This document shows, piece by piece, positions 9,297-18,994 of a stretch of DNA of 64,000 bases (the stretch's first letter is position 1; every line of letters begins with the position of its first letter). Under the pieces are notes generated by a model that searched no databases, was not told where the DNA came from, and was given only the letters and a program-made list of their open reading frames with translations. Origin of the DNA: a virus; IMG/VR virus record IMGVR_UViG_3300020442_002322, positions 1 to 64,000 of that record. One strand, written 5' to 3'. The position numbers and the translations under genes were made by a program.

Positions 9297-9978
9297 TTAT
9301 TAACTCCTCTAGTGTTCCTTCAAATTGAATAAGCAGTCCCATTTTCCAAGGTCCAATAAGTTTTCCTGTACTGTGAATATTATTACTATTAAAAACAACC
9401 ATGTTACCAGGAATAAAATCATATGCTGTTCCTGTTAAGCCATAAAATAATTCAGGAGTATGATTGTTGAATTCAAGATATTCATTGTAAAAATTTTCAT
9501 CAATGGGTTTGTCTAAACAACCATATACCCTTTCATCTTCATACGGAGTCATTGGAATCTTATGATTACGATCAAAGTCTCCATGTTTTTTTATATCTTT
9601 GCGCTTTCCATACCATGTTTGTCCAAATCCATTATCAGTATATTGGTCAAATACAATAAGTTGTTGCTTAGGCTCCTCAACTTCTAAATGGATAGGTATA
9701 GTAACATTCATAAGTTGCCAAGGTTCGTCACTGTCAACATGCAAACTATACAAATTGGTATGTTTGTAAATATTGCCGCCTTGTCCTTTGTTTGTTTTAA
9801 AATATTTGCTTAGAATTGGATTTAAAACTTCATGTAAGTGTGACCACGGACTATTAATTTTGATCACATCTGGATTGTTAGGCTTGTGTACATGTAAATC
9901 AGGATTATTGTCAAAAAATTCTTTTATATACTTGCATACATCTAACGGAATACTATTTTCAAAACAAGTATGTCTCAT
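9289..9978 (-). CDS. Fe(II)/2OG oxygenase-like protein
   Basis: NIYKHT..LHVD...NVTIPI...FDQY...PGNMVVFNSNNIHSTG, closely matching 5040-5690. Confidence 0.6.
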   Translation of the reverse strand: MRHTCFENSIPLDVCKYIKEFFDNNPDLHVHKPNNPDVIKINSPWSHLHEVLNPILSKYFKTNKGQGGNIYKHTNLYSLHVDSDEPWQLMNVTIPIHLEVEEPKQQLIVFDQYTDNGFGQTWYGKRKDIKKHGDFDRNHKIPMTPYEDERVYGCLDKPIDENFYNEYLEFNNHTPELFYGLTGTAYDFIPGNMVVFNSNNIHSTGKLIGPWKMGLLIQFEGTLEELINE

Positions 9979-10596
9979 TTACCACCTATAAGTTACAATA
10001 TTATCTAATGTAGGACGCTTGTGATGATGTTCTATATAAACATCTTTTGTTGTATTTGTTCTTGGATCTAAAAAAGTTTTTGCATCACTTTTATATCCTA
10101 CACCCATCATTAATTCTACAGGATTATCTATTCCTAATTCATTTGCCAAGTCTTGCTTATTCATAATACATTGACAAAATCCTGTAGAAAGTCCTGCGTT
10201 TTCAAACGCCATCATAAGCATCATGCTTACAATTCCCATTTCCATAAAAATAATTCGCTGATCTGTAAATCCCCATACATCATTTGCTTTTGACATATTA
10301 TTTGTATCAACAGTCCTACGACTAAACACAAGCAAATGAGGAGCAAGTGTTTGAGGATTTCCATAATCATCCTCTACAGTTGCATCTTCATCTCTATGAG
10401 TATATTCAAATATTCTATTTCTTAATTGTTGATTTGAATTATCAAATACATCAATTTTATATGGCATTCTTTTTTGTTTGCTAGGAACTTTTGACAAGAC
10501 ATTGTTTATTATATCTACTATTTTTTTATTACTAGGAACTTCTTCTGTCCAAGTAAAATTTGTTTTTCTGTTGTCTAGTAGTGTGTTAAATTCCAT
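9979..10596 (-). CDS. Nitroreductase-fold flavoprotein
   Basis: LDNRKT, VPSKQ, NPQTLAP, EMGIVSM...AGLSTGFCQC, MGVGY. Start moved to ATG 10596 behind a GGAGG SD. Confidence 0.72.
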   Translation of the reverse strand: MEFNTLLDNRKTNFTWTEEVPSNKKIVDIINNVLSKVPSKQKRMPYKIDVFDNSNQQLRNRIFEYTHRDEDATVEDDYGNPQTLAPHLLVFSRRTVDTNNMSKANDVWGFTDQRIIFMEMGIVSMMLMMAFENAGLSTGFCQCIMNKQDLANELGIDNPVELMMGVGYKSDAKTFLDPRTNTTKDVYIEHHHKRPTLDNIVTYRW

Positions 10597-11758
10597 ATCC
10601 ATTCCCCTCCAGATAAGCAACTAGCTCAGGATTATAATCCTTTATTCTAGTGTTGTAAAATCCATCAAGTTTTTTAGTTGTATATAAAAACTCCAACCAA
10701 TGCTTCTCATTGTACTTACCGCTTTTTACAAATGTATTTACAAGTTTTGACGCGGTGGTATTATTGCTATTTTTTTCTAATATCCAATCTACATAAGACT
10801 GTGGTGCGTATAATAAAGATAGATACCTAGGATATCTAACAAAATCTACACTCACATGATATTTGTTTTCTTCAATGAGAAAATTCAAACTATCTGACAG
10901 TTTATTTGCTGTTAGTAAACTTACTGCACAATGAAAACTAACATGTATATTATCTAATATTTTTTCATATGTTTTTGCATTATTATATGTTTGCTTGTAA
11001 TCACTTCCATAGCGTTGATAATCATTTGCTTTATCATAAGCATCTAAACTTACATTTATATAAAGCATTTCATATTTGTTAAGTTTGTCTATTATTTTTT
11101 TGTTGGGTATTGTTGTTCCGTTAGTGGCTATTTCTAATTTAATTTTACTAGGGTCGGCTCTTTTTTCTATGTAATCTAAAAATTTAATAAAGTTAGGTGA
11201 AATAAAAGGCTCCCCTCCTAATAATTTTATGTAAACTAAATTAGATAAATCTACACTATCAAATTTATCAAAACTTGGTTCTAATTTTTTAAAAACATCT
11301 TCTTCTAAAAATTTATCTCTAAGTTGTAGTTTACTACTAAACTTGCTATCACACATTTTACATTGTAGATTACAAATGTTATCTAAACTCATTTCTATAT
11401 ATCTAACACTGTCAAATTCGTTTGTGTAATTATCTTTCAAATAAGATGAAAATCTCCAATTCAAAAATCTTCTCAAACTTGCTCTATCAGTCAGTTCGTT
11501 GTTTTGTTCTTGTACAAAACATTTAGTGCATTCAGGACGCTTTACACCATCTAACATATCTTGGCGTAGATTTTTTAGATAGTCATTGTTCATTTCAGAT
11601 ATACCGTTTGCTTTTAATGCATCTAAATTTACATTTACAGGATCATCTTTTGCTTGATATCTGCAACAAGGCTTTAGGCTTTCATCTGGACGAACACATA
11701 GGTGTATCCATGGTAACATACAAAATGTATCACTGTTTTTGTAATCTTTTTTACTCAT
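10586..11758 (-). CDS. Radical SAM protein with N-terminal Twitch-like domain
   Basis: FCMLPWIHL..RPD...PCC, ECTKC, then CNLQCKMC...SS, GGEPF, TNGT. Confidence 0.88.
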   Translation of the reverse strand: MSKKDYKNSDTFCMLPWIHLCVRPDESLKPCCRYQAKDDPVNVNLDALKANGISEMNNDYLKNLRQDMLDGVKRPECTKCFVQEQNNELTDRASLRRFLNWRFSSYLKDNYTNEFDSVRYIEMSLDNICNLQCKMCDSKFSSKLQLRDKFLEEDVFKKLEPSFDKFDSVDLSNLVYIKLLGGEPFISPNFIKFLDYIEKRADPSKIKLEIATNGTTIPNKKIIDKLNKYEMLYINVSLDAYDKANDYQRYGSDYKQTYNNAKTYEKILDNIHVSFHCAVSLLTANKLSDSLNFLIEENKYHVSVDFVRYPRYLSLLYAPQSYVDWILEKNSNNTTASKLVNTFVKSGKYNEKHWLEFLYTTKKLDGFYNTRIKDYNPELVAYLEGNGYGI

Positions 11759-12495
11759 TATCTATCAACGTCTATACTTGCAAAACCAATAATACTACGT
11801 TTGTATTCTGTGCTTGTATCTGGAAGCATTTTGTCTTTTATAAACCAACTACTGCTATGCCACCTACGTGTATCAAAAACCATTGCTGTGCCAACTTTCC
11901 ATTTGTATGCACTATGAAAATTTAAATCTGCATACTCTTTATAATATTCTGTACCAGATGGATTATATTTTAAAACTTCTTCATCGTATAGATAATCTGT
12001 TCTATAATTGTATACTTCGTCGTTGTCTTGATAACGCATTTCACCTTTTCTAAATTTTAACTTGCGAGGACTTTCTGCAATCTTGTTATAATTAACAGTG
12101 TAAGGTTGTTTGCAATTCCATTCCAAAGGTATTATAATTCCCATTACAACATAACAATCGTGTGTTATATAATCTTTATTAGGCTTCCAACTATTTGGAA
12201 AACTTAAATAATCTGTATGTAGTCCTGCAGGCTCTCCACTGTGGAAATATTCCCAAGTCCAATCATAATCTAATTCAAAAGTTTTGTTCCAATAATCTAC
12301 AAGATATTTTTTTGTGTGTTTGCTTACATTATTAAATCTGTTAAAGTCGTTGCGTCCACTAACTTTTGCATCTTTACTATCGTATGTTGCACGGGCTTCT
12401 GGCAAATACTGCAAAGGATCAAAGTCTAATTTGTAAGAACCATATGTAGGTCTATGATTTTCATAATCTTCTAGTTTTATAAATCCTTGTTCCAT
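11758..12495 (-). CDS. Fe(II)/2OG oxygenase-like protein
   Basis: GLHTD...IIIPL...WKVGTAMVFDTRRWHSS. Confidence 0.55.
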   Translation of the reverse strand: MEQGFIKLEDYENHRPTYGSYKLDFDPLQYLPEARATYDSKDAKVSGRNDFNRFNNVSKHTKKYLVDYWNKTFELDYDWTWEYFHSGEPAGLHTDYLSFPNSWKPNKDYITHDCYVVMGIIIPLEWNCKQPYTVNYNKIAESPRKLKFRKGEMRYQDNDEVYNYRTDYLYDEEVLKYNPSGTEYYKEYADLNFHSAYKWKVGTAMVFDTRRWHSSSWFIKDKMLPDTSTEYKRSIIGFASIDVDR

Positions 12496-13425
12496 TTACT
12501 TTCTTTCTTCTCTCTCAATTTTGTTTAATCCTTTGTCTGTTCCTCGTTCGTCAAATATTCCTTCTATTAAAAAACGCAAAGGTGTTCGCACACCAAATTG
12601 ATGTTTACCGTTTTTGTCTTTTAACCAACCAACATGTATACTGTCTGTTTCTTCAAGATTAAAATCTGCACACACCTTTGAATATAGATCTCCATAATTT
12701 GCCCACCAATAGTCTGTGCCAAAATGTTTCATTGCTTCTACACCCAACCACATATCACTTACATTAGCATAAGCGAAATCATTCATAATAGCAATAGGCC
12801 CATTTACTCTTTCTTTTGTATATCTTATTCCAATACGCTGACTTCCCATTCCTAGTGCTTTACTTAAACTTACACTAACACTCTGTACAGCAGGATGTGT
12901 AACATCAAATTCAAAATTACGACACTGACCAAACCATGCGCCGTCAATATGCACAGGTATATCTCCCATATGACAGTAATCTAAAAGTTTATCAAACTCA
13001 TTGTGATAATTGGTTGTGATACAACTAGGATAACTTGCTATAAAAACATCGCCCCTTCCTAAATCACTATAGTGTGTGATTTCTTTTACTGTAAAATCAG
13101 TTAAACGTCTATGATACTTGTATTCCCCTTTATAAACAGCTATATTACGACCGTGTAGCTGGTGTAACTCATCTAGTTGATGTGTAGTGCCTAAGATTGC
13201 ATCTCTGCGTGTAAAGGTCTCTAAACCTGCATAGTGTACATGTTTATGCGACATAATCCATTCATCTATTGTTTTTAAAAATGTTTCTGTGTATGCATGA
13301 GGATCTTTAGGATATGTATTCATATCTAGATTTTGTCTAAATTTTGTAAACTTACTTAGGTACATAGGACGCTGTCTGCGTGTACCAAGCATTTCAAATG
13401 TTATATCTTCATACTTCATATTCAT
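12496..13425 (-). CDS. PLP-dependent fold-type-I enzyme (aminotransferase/decarboxylase-like)
   Basis: HIDGAW (PLP-binding Asp) and SLSKALGMGSQRIG (Schiff-base Lys motif SxSKxxxxxxxRxG). Confidence 0.7.
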   Translation of the reverse strand: MNMKYEDITFEMLGTRRQRPMYLSKFTKFRQNLDMNTYPKDPHAYTETFLKTIDEWIMSHKHVHYAGLETFTRRDAILGTTHQLDELHQLHGRNIAVYKGEYKYHRRLTDFTVKEITHYSDLGRGDVFIASYPSCITTNYHNEFDKLLDYCHMGDIPVHIDGAWFGQCRNFEFDVTHPAVQSVSVSLSKALGMGSQRIGIRYTKERVNGPIAIMNDFAYANVSDMWLGVEAMKHFGTDYWWANYGDLYSKVCADFNLEETDSIHVGWLKDKNGKHQFGVRTPLRFLIEGIFDERGTDKGLNKIEREERK

Positions 13426-14635
13426 CTAACCAAGGCCAAAGTTTTTTCCAGTTTGTTCCTCTACGTGCATCAATTTCATTGAGAGTAACTTTTAATTGTT
13501 TAATTTTTTTATTATCCTGTTTTTGATTGTTTACTTTAGACCAAAATCCCTGTAGCCATTTAATTGTAGTAGGATTATTATGGTTTTTAATTGATTGTTC
13601 AAATTGTTTATCAAAAAACCCTGTAGGAAATACACCTACATCCATACCAGGTCTACCACTGGCAAAACTTATACTATGTTTTATAGGTCTAAAGTTGTGC
13701 CATTCTGCAACTTTTGCACATAAATCAGGTAATGTGTCCATAGTCAAACTAATTATAGTTCCATGAATTTCTATTGTAATGCTAGGATATTCATGTAATA
13801 TAGTTTCAAAATTTTCTTCCCATTGTTTTAAATTCAAGCCTGTTCTTATATATTCTTGTTGAGGTCCCCAACAATCAAAACTACACACAAGTTGAAAATC
13901 TTTAATATGTTTGCGTTTTTGTAAATCTACTACTTTGTCTAATAATTTACGCATTCTCTTATTTTCGACTTTAAGATTAGAAAAAATAATAAATCTTGTA
14001 TCAGGACAAGGGTTATTAAAAAAGAAATCAATATTTTGTTCAAACTCAGGCTGAAAAAACGGTTCGCCGCCTAATATTCTATACTCGGCAATATATTTTG
14101 CATGTTCTTCCATCCATTTCCAATGAGCCTTTAACATTTCTGGATATTGTTTTCTACTTCTTTCCATTTCTGCTAATTCGGCCGGATCTCTCAAACCAAA
14201 TTTCTTTTCTTCAGCTTCCCATACTGTACTATATTCGCCGCTACAATATATACAATTTAAATTACATAAATTATTAAAATATACTTCAACCATACGTGGC
14301 GTCAATCTTACTTTTCTAGGATCTTTGTCCATCTCTACAGGTGCAAGATAATCATCTTGTTGTAGATCAGTTCTATCACTCATACCTCCTGCAAGTTCAA
14401 TATCTCTACAGTACTCACACCCGTCTCCAGGCCATTTGCCTGCTTGCATTAATCTTCTATGTTTTATTTTTGTTGGTGTATTATGAAAATCAGAATAATT
14501 AGCTGGACTTATTGTATCAGATTTTACTCTATGACAACTGTTTGTACTACCTTCCATTAATCGTATAGTGCTCCATGTCCATTTGTACAAACACACAGGA
14601 TCTTTTAATCCATATTTTTTTAAAAAGTCACCCAT
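13409..14635 (-). CDS. Radical SAM protein with N-terminal Twitch-like domain
   Basis: CLYKW...SCHR, GCEYC, then CNLNCIYC, LGGEPF. Confidence 0.88.
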   Translation of the reverse strand: MGDFLKKYGLKDPVCLYKWTWSTIRLMEGSTNSCHRVKSDTISPANYSDFHNTPTKIKHRRLMQAGKWPGDGCEYCRDIELAGGMSDRTDLQQDDYLAPVEMDKDPRKVRLTPRMVEVYFNNLCNLNCIYCSGEYSTVWEAEEKKFGLRDPAELAEMERSRKQYPEMLKAHWKWMEEHAKYIAEYRILGGEPFFQPEFEQNIDFFFNNPCPDTRFIIFSNLKVENKRMRKLLDKVVDLQKRKHIKDFQLVCSFDCWGPQQEYIRTGLNLKQWEENFETILHEYPSITIEIHGTIISLTMDTLPDLCAKVAEWHNFRPIKHSISFASGRPGMDVGVFPTGFFDKQFEQSIKNHNNPTTIKWLQGFWSKVNNQKQDNKKIKQLKVTLNEIDARRGTNWKKLWPWLDEYEV

Positions 14636-15327
14636 TATATAATCCTATCAAACCCATACCATCTTTCTAAACAAAAAAAGCAATTTCCGCAATGAACAGG
14701 AATTTTATTTTGTCCTAACTTCCAAGGAGGAGATTCACAACTGAATGTGTAAGGATACAACAATTCCATCATATTATAGCGTCTATATGCTTCTGCTACT
14801 CTTTTTTTATCATGGTTTACAAAAACTAAACCAGAAGAATCAAAACTCTTTGGTAATTTAATAGCCATATCTCTACTTATATCTCTAGTGGCTATTGCTT
14901 CATATGCTAACCTTTTATCAAAATTACATCTAACAATGTTATGATCAACAAGTTTTTTTAATTGATCAGCAGGCGGGTTTATAGTTAATCCACTATACAT
15001 TCTTGTGATAGGATATCTTGTGTACGCTACTTTTACTAGTGCGTCTTGTCCATTGACATAATTTGTTTCACTGTGCCTGACAGACCTTGTTATATGATCT
15101 ATAGGTGCTTTTCCAGTCAAATTTCTTACTATTCTTATAATTCTTTTAGCACTAGCTATGTACTGATTTTTAAAATTAGTGTCTAAGGTTACAACAACAA
15201 TTTTTACATCGTCACGATCCTTAAACTTGTCACATACTGCATAGTATACAATAGAACTGTCAGCGCCTCCACTAAGTTTTATTAATACATATTGCTCACC
15301 TTGTGGCAAGTCTTGAATTAAGTTCAT
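14635..15327 (-). CDS. QueC-like PP-loop ATPase (7-cyano-7-deazaguanine synthase-like)
   Basis: LSGGADS PP-loop, TFSCE...HCGNCFFCLER zinc motif. Start likely ATG 15327 (ATGA overlap). Confidence 0.65.
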   Translation of the reverse strand: MNLIQDLPQGEQYVLIKLSGGADSSIVYYAVCDKFKDRDDVKIVVVTLDTNFKNQYIASAKRIIRIVRNLTGKAPIDHITRSVRHSETNYVNGQDALVKVAYTRYPITRMYSGLTINPPADQLKKLVDHNIVRCNFDKRLAYEAIATRDISRDMAIKLPKSFDSSGLVFVNHDKKRVAEAYRRYNMMELLYPYTFSCESPPWKLGQNKIPVHCGNCFFCLERWYGFDRII

Positions 15328-16223
15328 GCTACACTCCACTTTTCAACAACTGCATCTAGTTTACAAGGACATGCTTCGTAATTACACAGAATAGGATCAT
15401 CAGGCAGTGTGTACCCTGTAAACAAATTACCAATACTGCCGCCAACATTTTTTGTACAACGTTTCATATTTCCATTTGGTTCAATCATTAATCTTTTTAT
15501 ACCTGCTGTACACATATAACCTTTAAACTTGTGCAGTCCTTGATCAAGAACTGTCATAAATTTTTTCTTTTCTCCGTTAAAATGTAAATTTCGTGGTATT
15601 TCCCAATCAATACCAAAAGGTTTCATTTTACTGTAATAACTGTTTTGTATCCATTCTCGCTGTTCATCTGTATATTCAAAGTAACTGTGGCCATGAATAC
15701 TAGTTCTAGTAAATTTAGGAGTAATTTCTACATTAAGATCTTTAAGGCGTTCGTACAACTTAACTGCACGATCATAGTTGTCTGGAACGACCATTAGTGG
15801 AATACTTACACTTGCCTTGTGTTGCATAATCTTTGCTACTTCATAAAAATGATCGTCATTCATTTCTTCATAATGCCAACTTAAAAATACAAAAGCTCTG
15901 TGTGTTCTAAATTGTTCCCAATAACGCAAAGTTCTGCTTGCATTGGTACTAAACTCTACAAACACTCTATCATCACTTATTGTATCAACAAAATCTTGAA
16001 ACTGCGGCCATACAGTTGGTTCGCCGCCTAGCACTTCGATGTATAGATATTTGTTACGTTGTTTTAATTTTTCGATTAATTTTAGATATGGTGTCCAATC
16101 TTTAGGCCAGCGACTTGTTCCGTCTCTATGATAATCACTGCAATAACTACAATTAAAATTGCAAACATTGTGTACAAACATTGTTACTATGCAACAATCT
16201 AAATTTTCACTTGTTATGTGCAT
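15324..16223 (-). CDS. Radical SAM protein with C-terminal SPASM/Twitch-like domain
   Basis: CNFNCSYC, LGGEPT, STNAS, CTAG...RC...CNYEACPC. Start likely ATG 16223. Confidence 0.86.
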   Translation of the reverse strand: MHITSENLDCCIVTMFVHNVCNFNCSYCSDYHRDGTSRWPKDWTPYLKLIEKLKQRNKYLYIEVLGGEPTVWPQFQDFVDTISDDRVFVEFSTNASRTLRYWEQFRTHRAFVFLSWHYEEMNDDHFYEVAKIMQHKASVSIPLMVVPDNYDRAVKLYERLKDLNVEITPKFTRTSIHGHSYFEYTDEQREWIQNSYYSKMKPFGIDWEIPRNLHFNGEKKKFMTVLDQGLHKFKGYMCTAGIKRLMIEPNGNMKRCTKNVGGSIGNLFTGYTLPDDPILCNYEACPCKLDAVVEKWSVA

Positions 16224-17565
16224 CAAATAAATCCTTGTATTGCGGAACAATATCTAAAATATTTTGATTACGTACTTCGTCAAGTTTTTTAGTTTGATCT
16301 ACAAAATGTTCTAACCATTCTTCAGAATAGTCTTCACTCATCATAAATTTCTCTACGCCGCCTAGCACTTTAAGCCAGTTATTTTTTACTTTGTCAGAAA
16401 AATCCGTAGTTTGTATCCAATCGTTATACTCTGCATAATGCTCAGAAACTTTTTGTTTTAACTCTGGTGGTAGAACTTTAATATTAAAATATTTAGGACT
16501 ATGACACATGTGATGTGTAAGTATAGGCCTCATGCCGTCAATAGGATTAAATTTTGTAAGTCCGCTTTCAGTAAGTTTCCATTTCATAAATTCTGCCATA
16601 TGAAAAACATTGTAAGGTGTAACTGTAAAAGCAAACCATGCTTTTAAATTTATCTTATCATTGTTTTGCAGTGTCATCATGTTTTTATATACTGCATCAA
16701 ACTTAGCAGGTGTTCTTTGATAATTAAACACATCTCCAATTCCGTCAATACTTACACCTATACGAATTTGTTTGAACTGTTCCCATAAATGTACTAACCT
16801 GTCAGGAACCATTGTAAGATTACTGTTGTATTCAAGTTGAATCTTTTTACTTTTACCACTTGCTACTAAACGTTCTAAACTTTCTTGATGCTCTTCAATT
16901 ATAAGAGGTTCGCCTCCTACAATATATAATTTTTTTGCATTAGGAGCATACTGTTCAAAGTTTGACCAATATCTATTGTTATTTTGAAACCAATCATATT
17001 GATCTGTGAACCATCTACCTTTTTTATTTTTTTGTAATTTAATACGTTCGTGTGTATCTTTGTATTCTGTCTTGCCTGTAACTTTAACAAAGTCATCATA
17101 CCATTGATGGCTATCAGTAGGTCCGCACATACGACATTTTAAATTACAAAAATTTCCATAACGTATATCAATAAATTCTACTGGTAATTTTTTAGCATCA
17201 ATAGTTCCATCTTCTTTTGTGTGCGGCAATACTTTTTCTAAACTAATATCACCAAACCATTTGCCCCAGTCATCATTTTCATATTCGCGTCTACTACGGA
17301 TGCCATTTTTTTCCTCTTGTCTACAACGTTCACATTCTGGATGCCATTCACCTTTCATCATAGATTGCCGAACTTCTTTTAATATTTCTGCGTTACGTGC
17401 TTCGTCCCAATCATCTTTACCTGCATTATAAGGAGTACCATCTTTTTTCTTCATGATACCACGTTGAGGACTGTAGCTATTGGTATTACAACAAATACGC
17501 AAATCACCGTTATTACGCATATTAATACTGTTCCACGGAAGTGGGCAAAATGTACAATTACTCAT
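16207..17565 (-). CDS. Radical SAM protein with N-terminal Twitch-like domain
   Basis: FCPLPW...NGDLRICC, ECERC, CNLKCRMCGPTDS, GGEPL. Confidence 0.9.
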   Translation of the reverse strand: MSNCTFCPLPWNSINMRNNGDLRICCNTNSYSPQRGIMKKKDGTPYNAGKDDWDEARNAEILKEVRQSMMKGEWHPECERCRQEEKNGIRSRREYENDDWGKWFGDISLEKVLPHTKEDGTIDAKKLPVEFIDIRYGNFCNLKCRMCGPTDSHQWYDDFVKVTGKTEYKDTHERIKLQKNKKGRWFTDQYDWFQNNNRYWSNFEQYAPNAKKLYIVGGEPLIIEEHQESLERLVASGKSKKIQLEYNSNLTMVPDRLVHLWEQFKQIRIGVSIDGIGDVFNYQRTPAKFDAVYKNMMTLQNNDKINLKAWFAFTVTPYNVFHMAEFMKWKLTESGLTKFNPIDGMRPILTHHMCHSPKYFNIKVLPPELKQKVSEHYAEYNDWIQTTDFSDKVKNNWLKVLGGVEKFMMSEDYSEEWLEHFVDQTKKLDEVRNQNILDIVPQYKDLFDAHNK

Positions 17566-18971
17566 TATACGTCCTTAAAAATATCTTTCATTTCTGGAAA
17601 TGTTTTTGCAAAACTAATTCCGCGTTGTTGATCACAGCGTTCTAAAAATTCTTTAGTTTCTGGCAAACGTACACTCCAATCTTCTGATTCCATAAACTGT
17701 AGCATACCTTCTAGTCTGCTAATTCCATAACTTGCTTCACGCCATTTGTCATATGTTACTTTTCCTTTGTGCCAACTAGGAACACCTTTTTCCCAATTAG
17801 CTTCCCACCAAGGATAAAATTCTTCATACTTACGACGGCATTCGTCTTTAAACCACTTAGGCAATACTTTTACATTTAGGTGAGGTGGGTGATAAACAAA
17901 ATGATAATTTATACCTCCTGCACCAAACGGCCACATATTAATTTTATTAAATCCTTCGTTTAGTTTCCATTTAATAAAATCTGGAATATAATAAATGTTT
18001 AGTGCTTGTACTGCACAAGCAACTGTAACTTCTACATTGTTACCTGTTTGCTTGTCAAGTATATGAAATACTTCTCTTGTGCGATCCCATTTGCTAGGAT
18101 AGCGTATATAATCGTTCATGCTTTCAATGCTGTCAACGCTGTAATGAAAACGTACCAATTTAAAGTGCTTCCAGAGCTCGAATAAATCTTCTCTCCATTC
18201 AACACCATTGCTGTTGTAACGCAATTCAAGATCTTTTGCATATCCTTGACGAATACATTCTTCAAGTATTTCATAATGTTCCTCAATAATTAAACTTTCA
18301 CCGCCTGCAAAATAAATCTGTTGCATGTTTGGAATTTGTTCATAGAACTGTTTCCAAAAAATTGGATTTTGTTTGTGCCAATTATAGCTACTGCCGTTGT
18401 AACTACCTTTGTCTTTCCATTGCATAGTTTCTTTAAGACTTGCGTTTTCAACTGCTGGAAATACTGCTTTCCAATCTTTGATCCAGCCTGAACTGTCATG
18501 TGGGCTACACATTACACAGGCAAGTTGACATTTAGTACCAAAGCGTAAATCAATGTAAGTTAGCTCAGGTGGCACACTGCCATCTTTATCTGTGTTTGCA
18601 ACAAGCCTGTCTACATCAACACGTTGACTCCAGTAGTTTGTTTCCCACATACGTTTACTGTTATGTCCAGCGGCTTCTTCTTTGTAACATTTTAAACAAC
18701 TAGGCGGCATTTCTCCGTTAAGCATTTGCTTACGGACATTTTTCATGTATGTACTATTCCAACTTGTTAAAAAATCACTTACATTTAGATTGTTAGGTTT
18801 GCCGTCTTCTGTTTTAAGGATACCTACTTGTCCGCCATGTTCTTTATCATTTGTTTTGCCAACCGAACTTGCATTAGCAGTACAGCATACTCGCATACTT
18901 CCGTCTGGTCTTGTGCTAAGGTGTACCCATGGAAGGATACAAAATGTGTCTGAGGGTGCTTTGTAATTCAT
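17565..18971 (-). CDS. Radical SAM protein with N-terminal Twitch-like domain
   Basis: FCILPWVHL..RPDGSMRVCC, SCLKC, CQLACVMCSPHDSS, AGGE. Evident paralog of 16207-17565. Confidence 0.9.
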   Translation of the reverse strand: MNYKAPSDTFCILPWVHLSTRPDGSMRVCCTANASSVGKTNDKEHGGQVGILKTEDGKPNNLNVSDFLTSWNSTYMKNVRKQMLNGEMPPSCLKCYKEEAAGHNSKRMWETNYWSQRVDVDRLVANTDKDGSVPPELTYIDLRFGTKCQLACVMCSPHDSSGWIKDWKAVFPAVENASLKETMQWKDKGSYNGSSYNWHKQNPIFWKQFYEQIPNMQQIYFAGGESLIIEEHYEILEECIRQGYAKDLELRYNSNGVEWREDLFELWKHFKLVRFHYSVDSIESMNDYIRYPSKWDRTREVFHILDKQTGNNVEVTVACAVQALNIYYIPDFIKWKLNEGFNKINMWPFGAGGINYHFVYHPPHLNVKVLPKWFKDECRRKYEEFYPWWEANWEKGVPSWHKGKVTYDKWREASYGISRLEGMLQFMESEDWSVRLPETKEFLERCDQQRGISFAKTFPEMKDIFKDV

Positions 18972-18979
18972 TATATACG

Positions 18980-18986
18980 TACTTAT
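18980..18986 (-). promoter_or_regulatory. Putative late promoter ATAAGTA
   Basis: AATAAGTAC 8 nt upstream of ATG 18971, in a short intergenic gap. Confidence 0.45.
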
Positions 18987-18994
18987 TTCCTATA

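Noticed and set aside
5723-10596. Nitroreductase-fold genes as BluB (B12 lower-ligand synthase) supporting the cobalamin enzyme
   Set aside because: No BluB-specific motifs could be verified, there are three divergent copies, and no other cobalamin genes are present.
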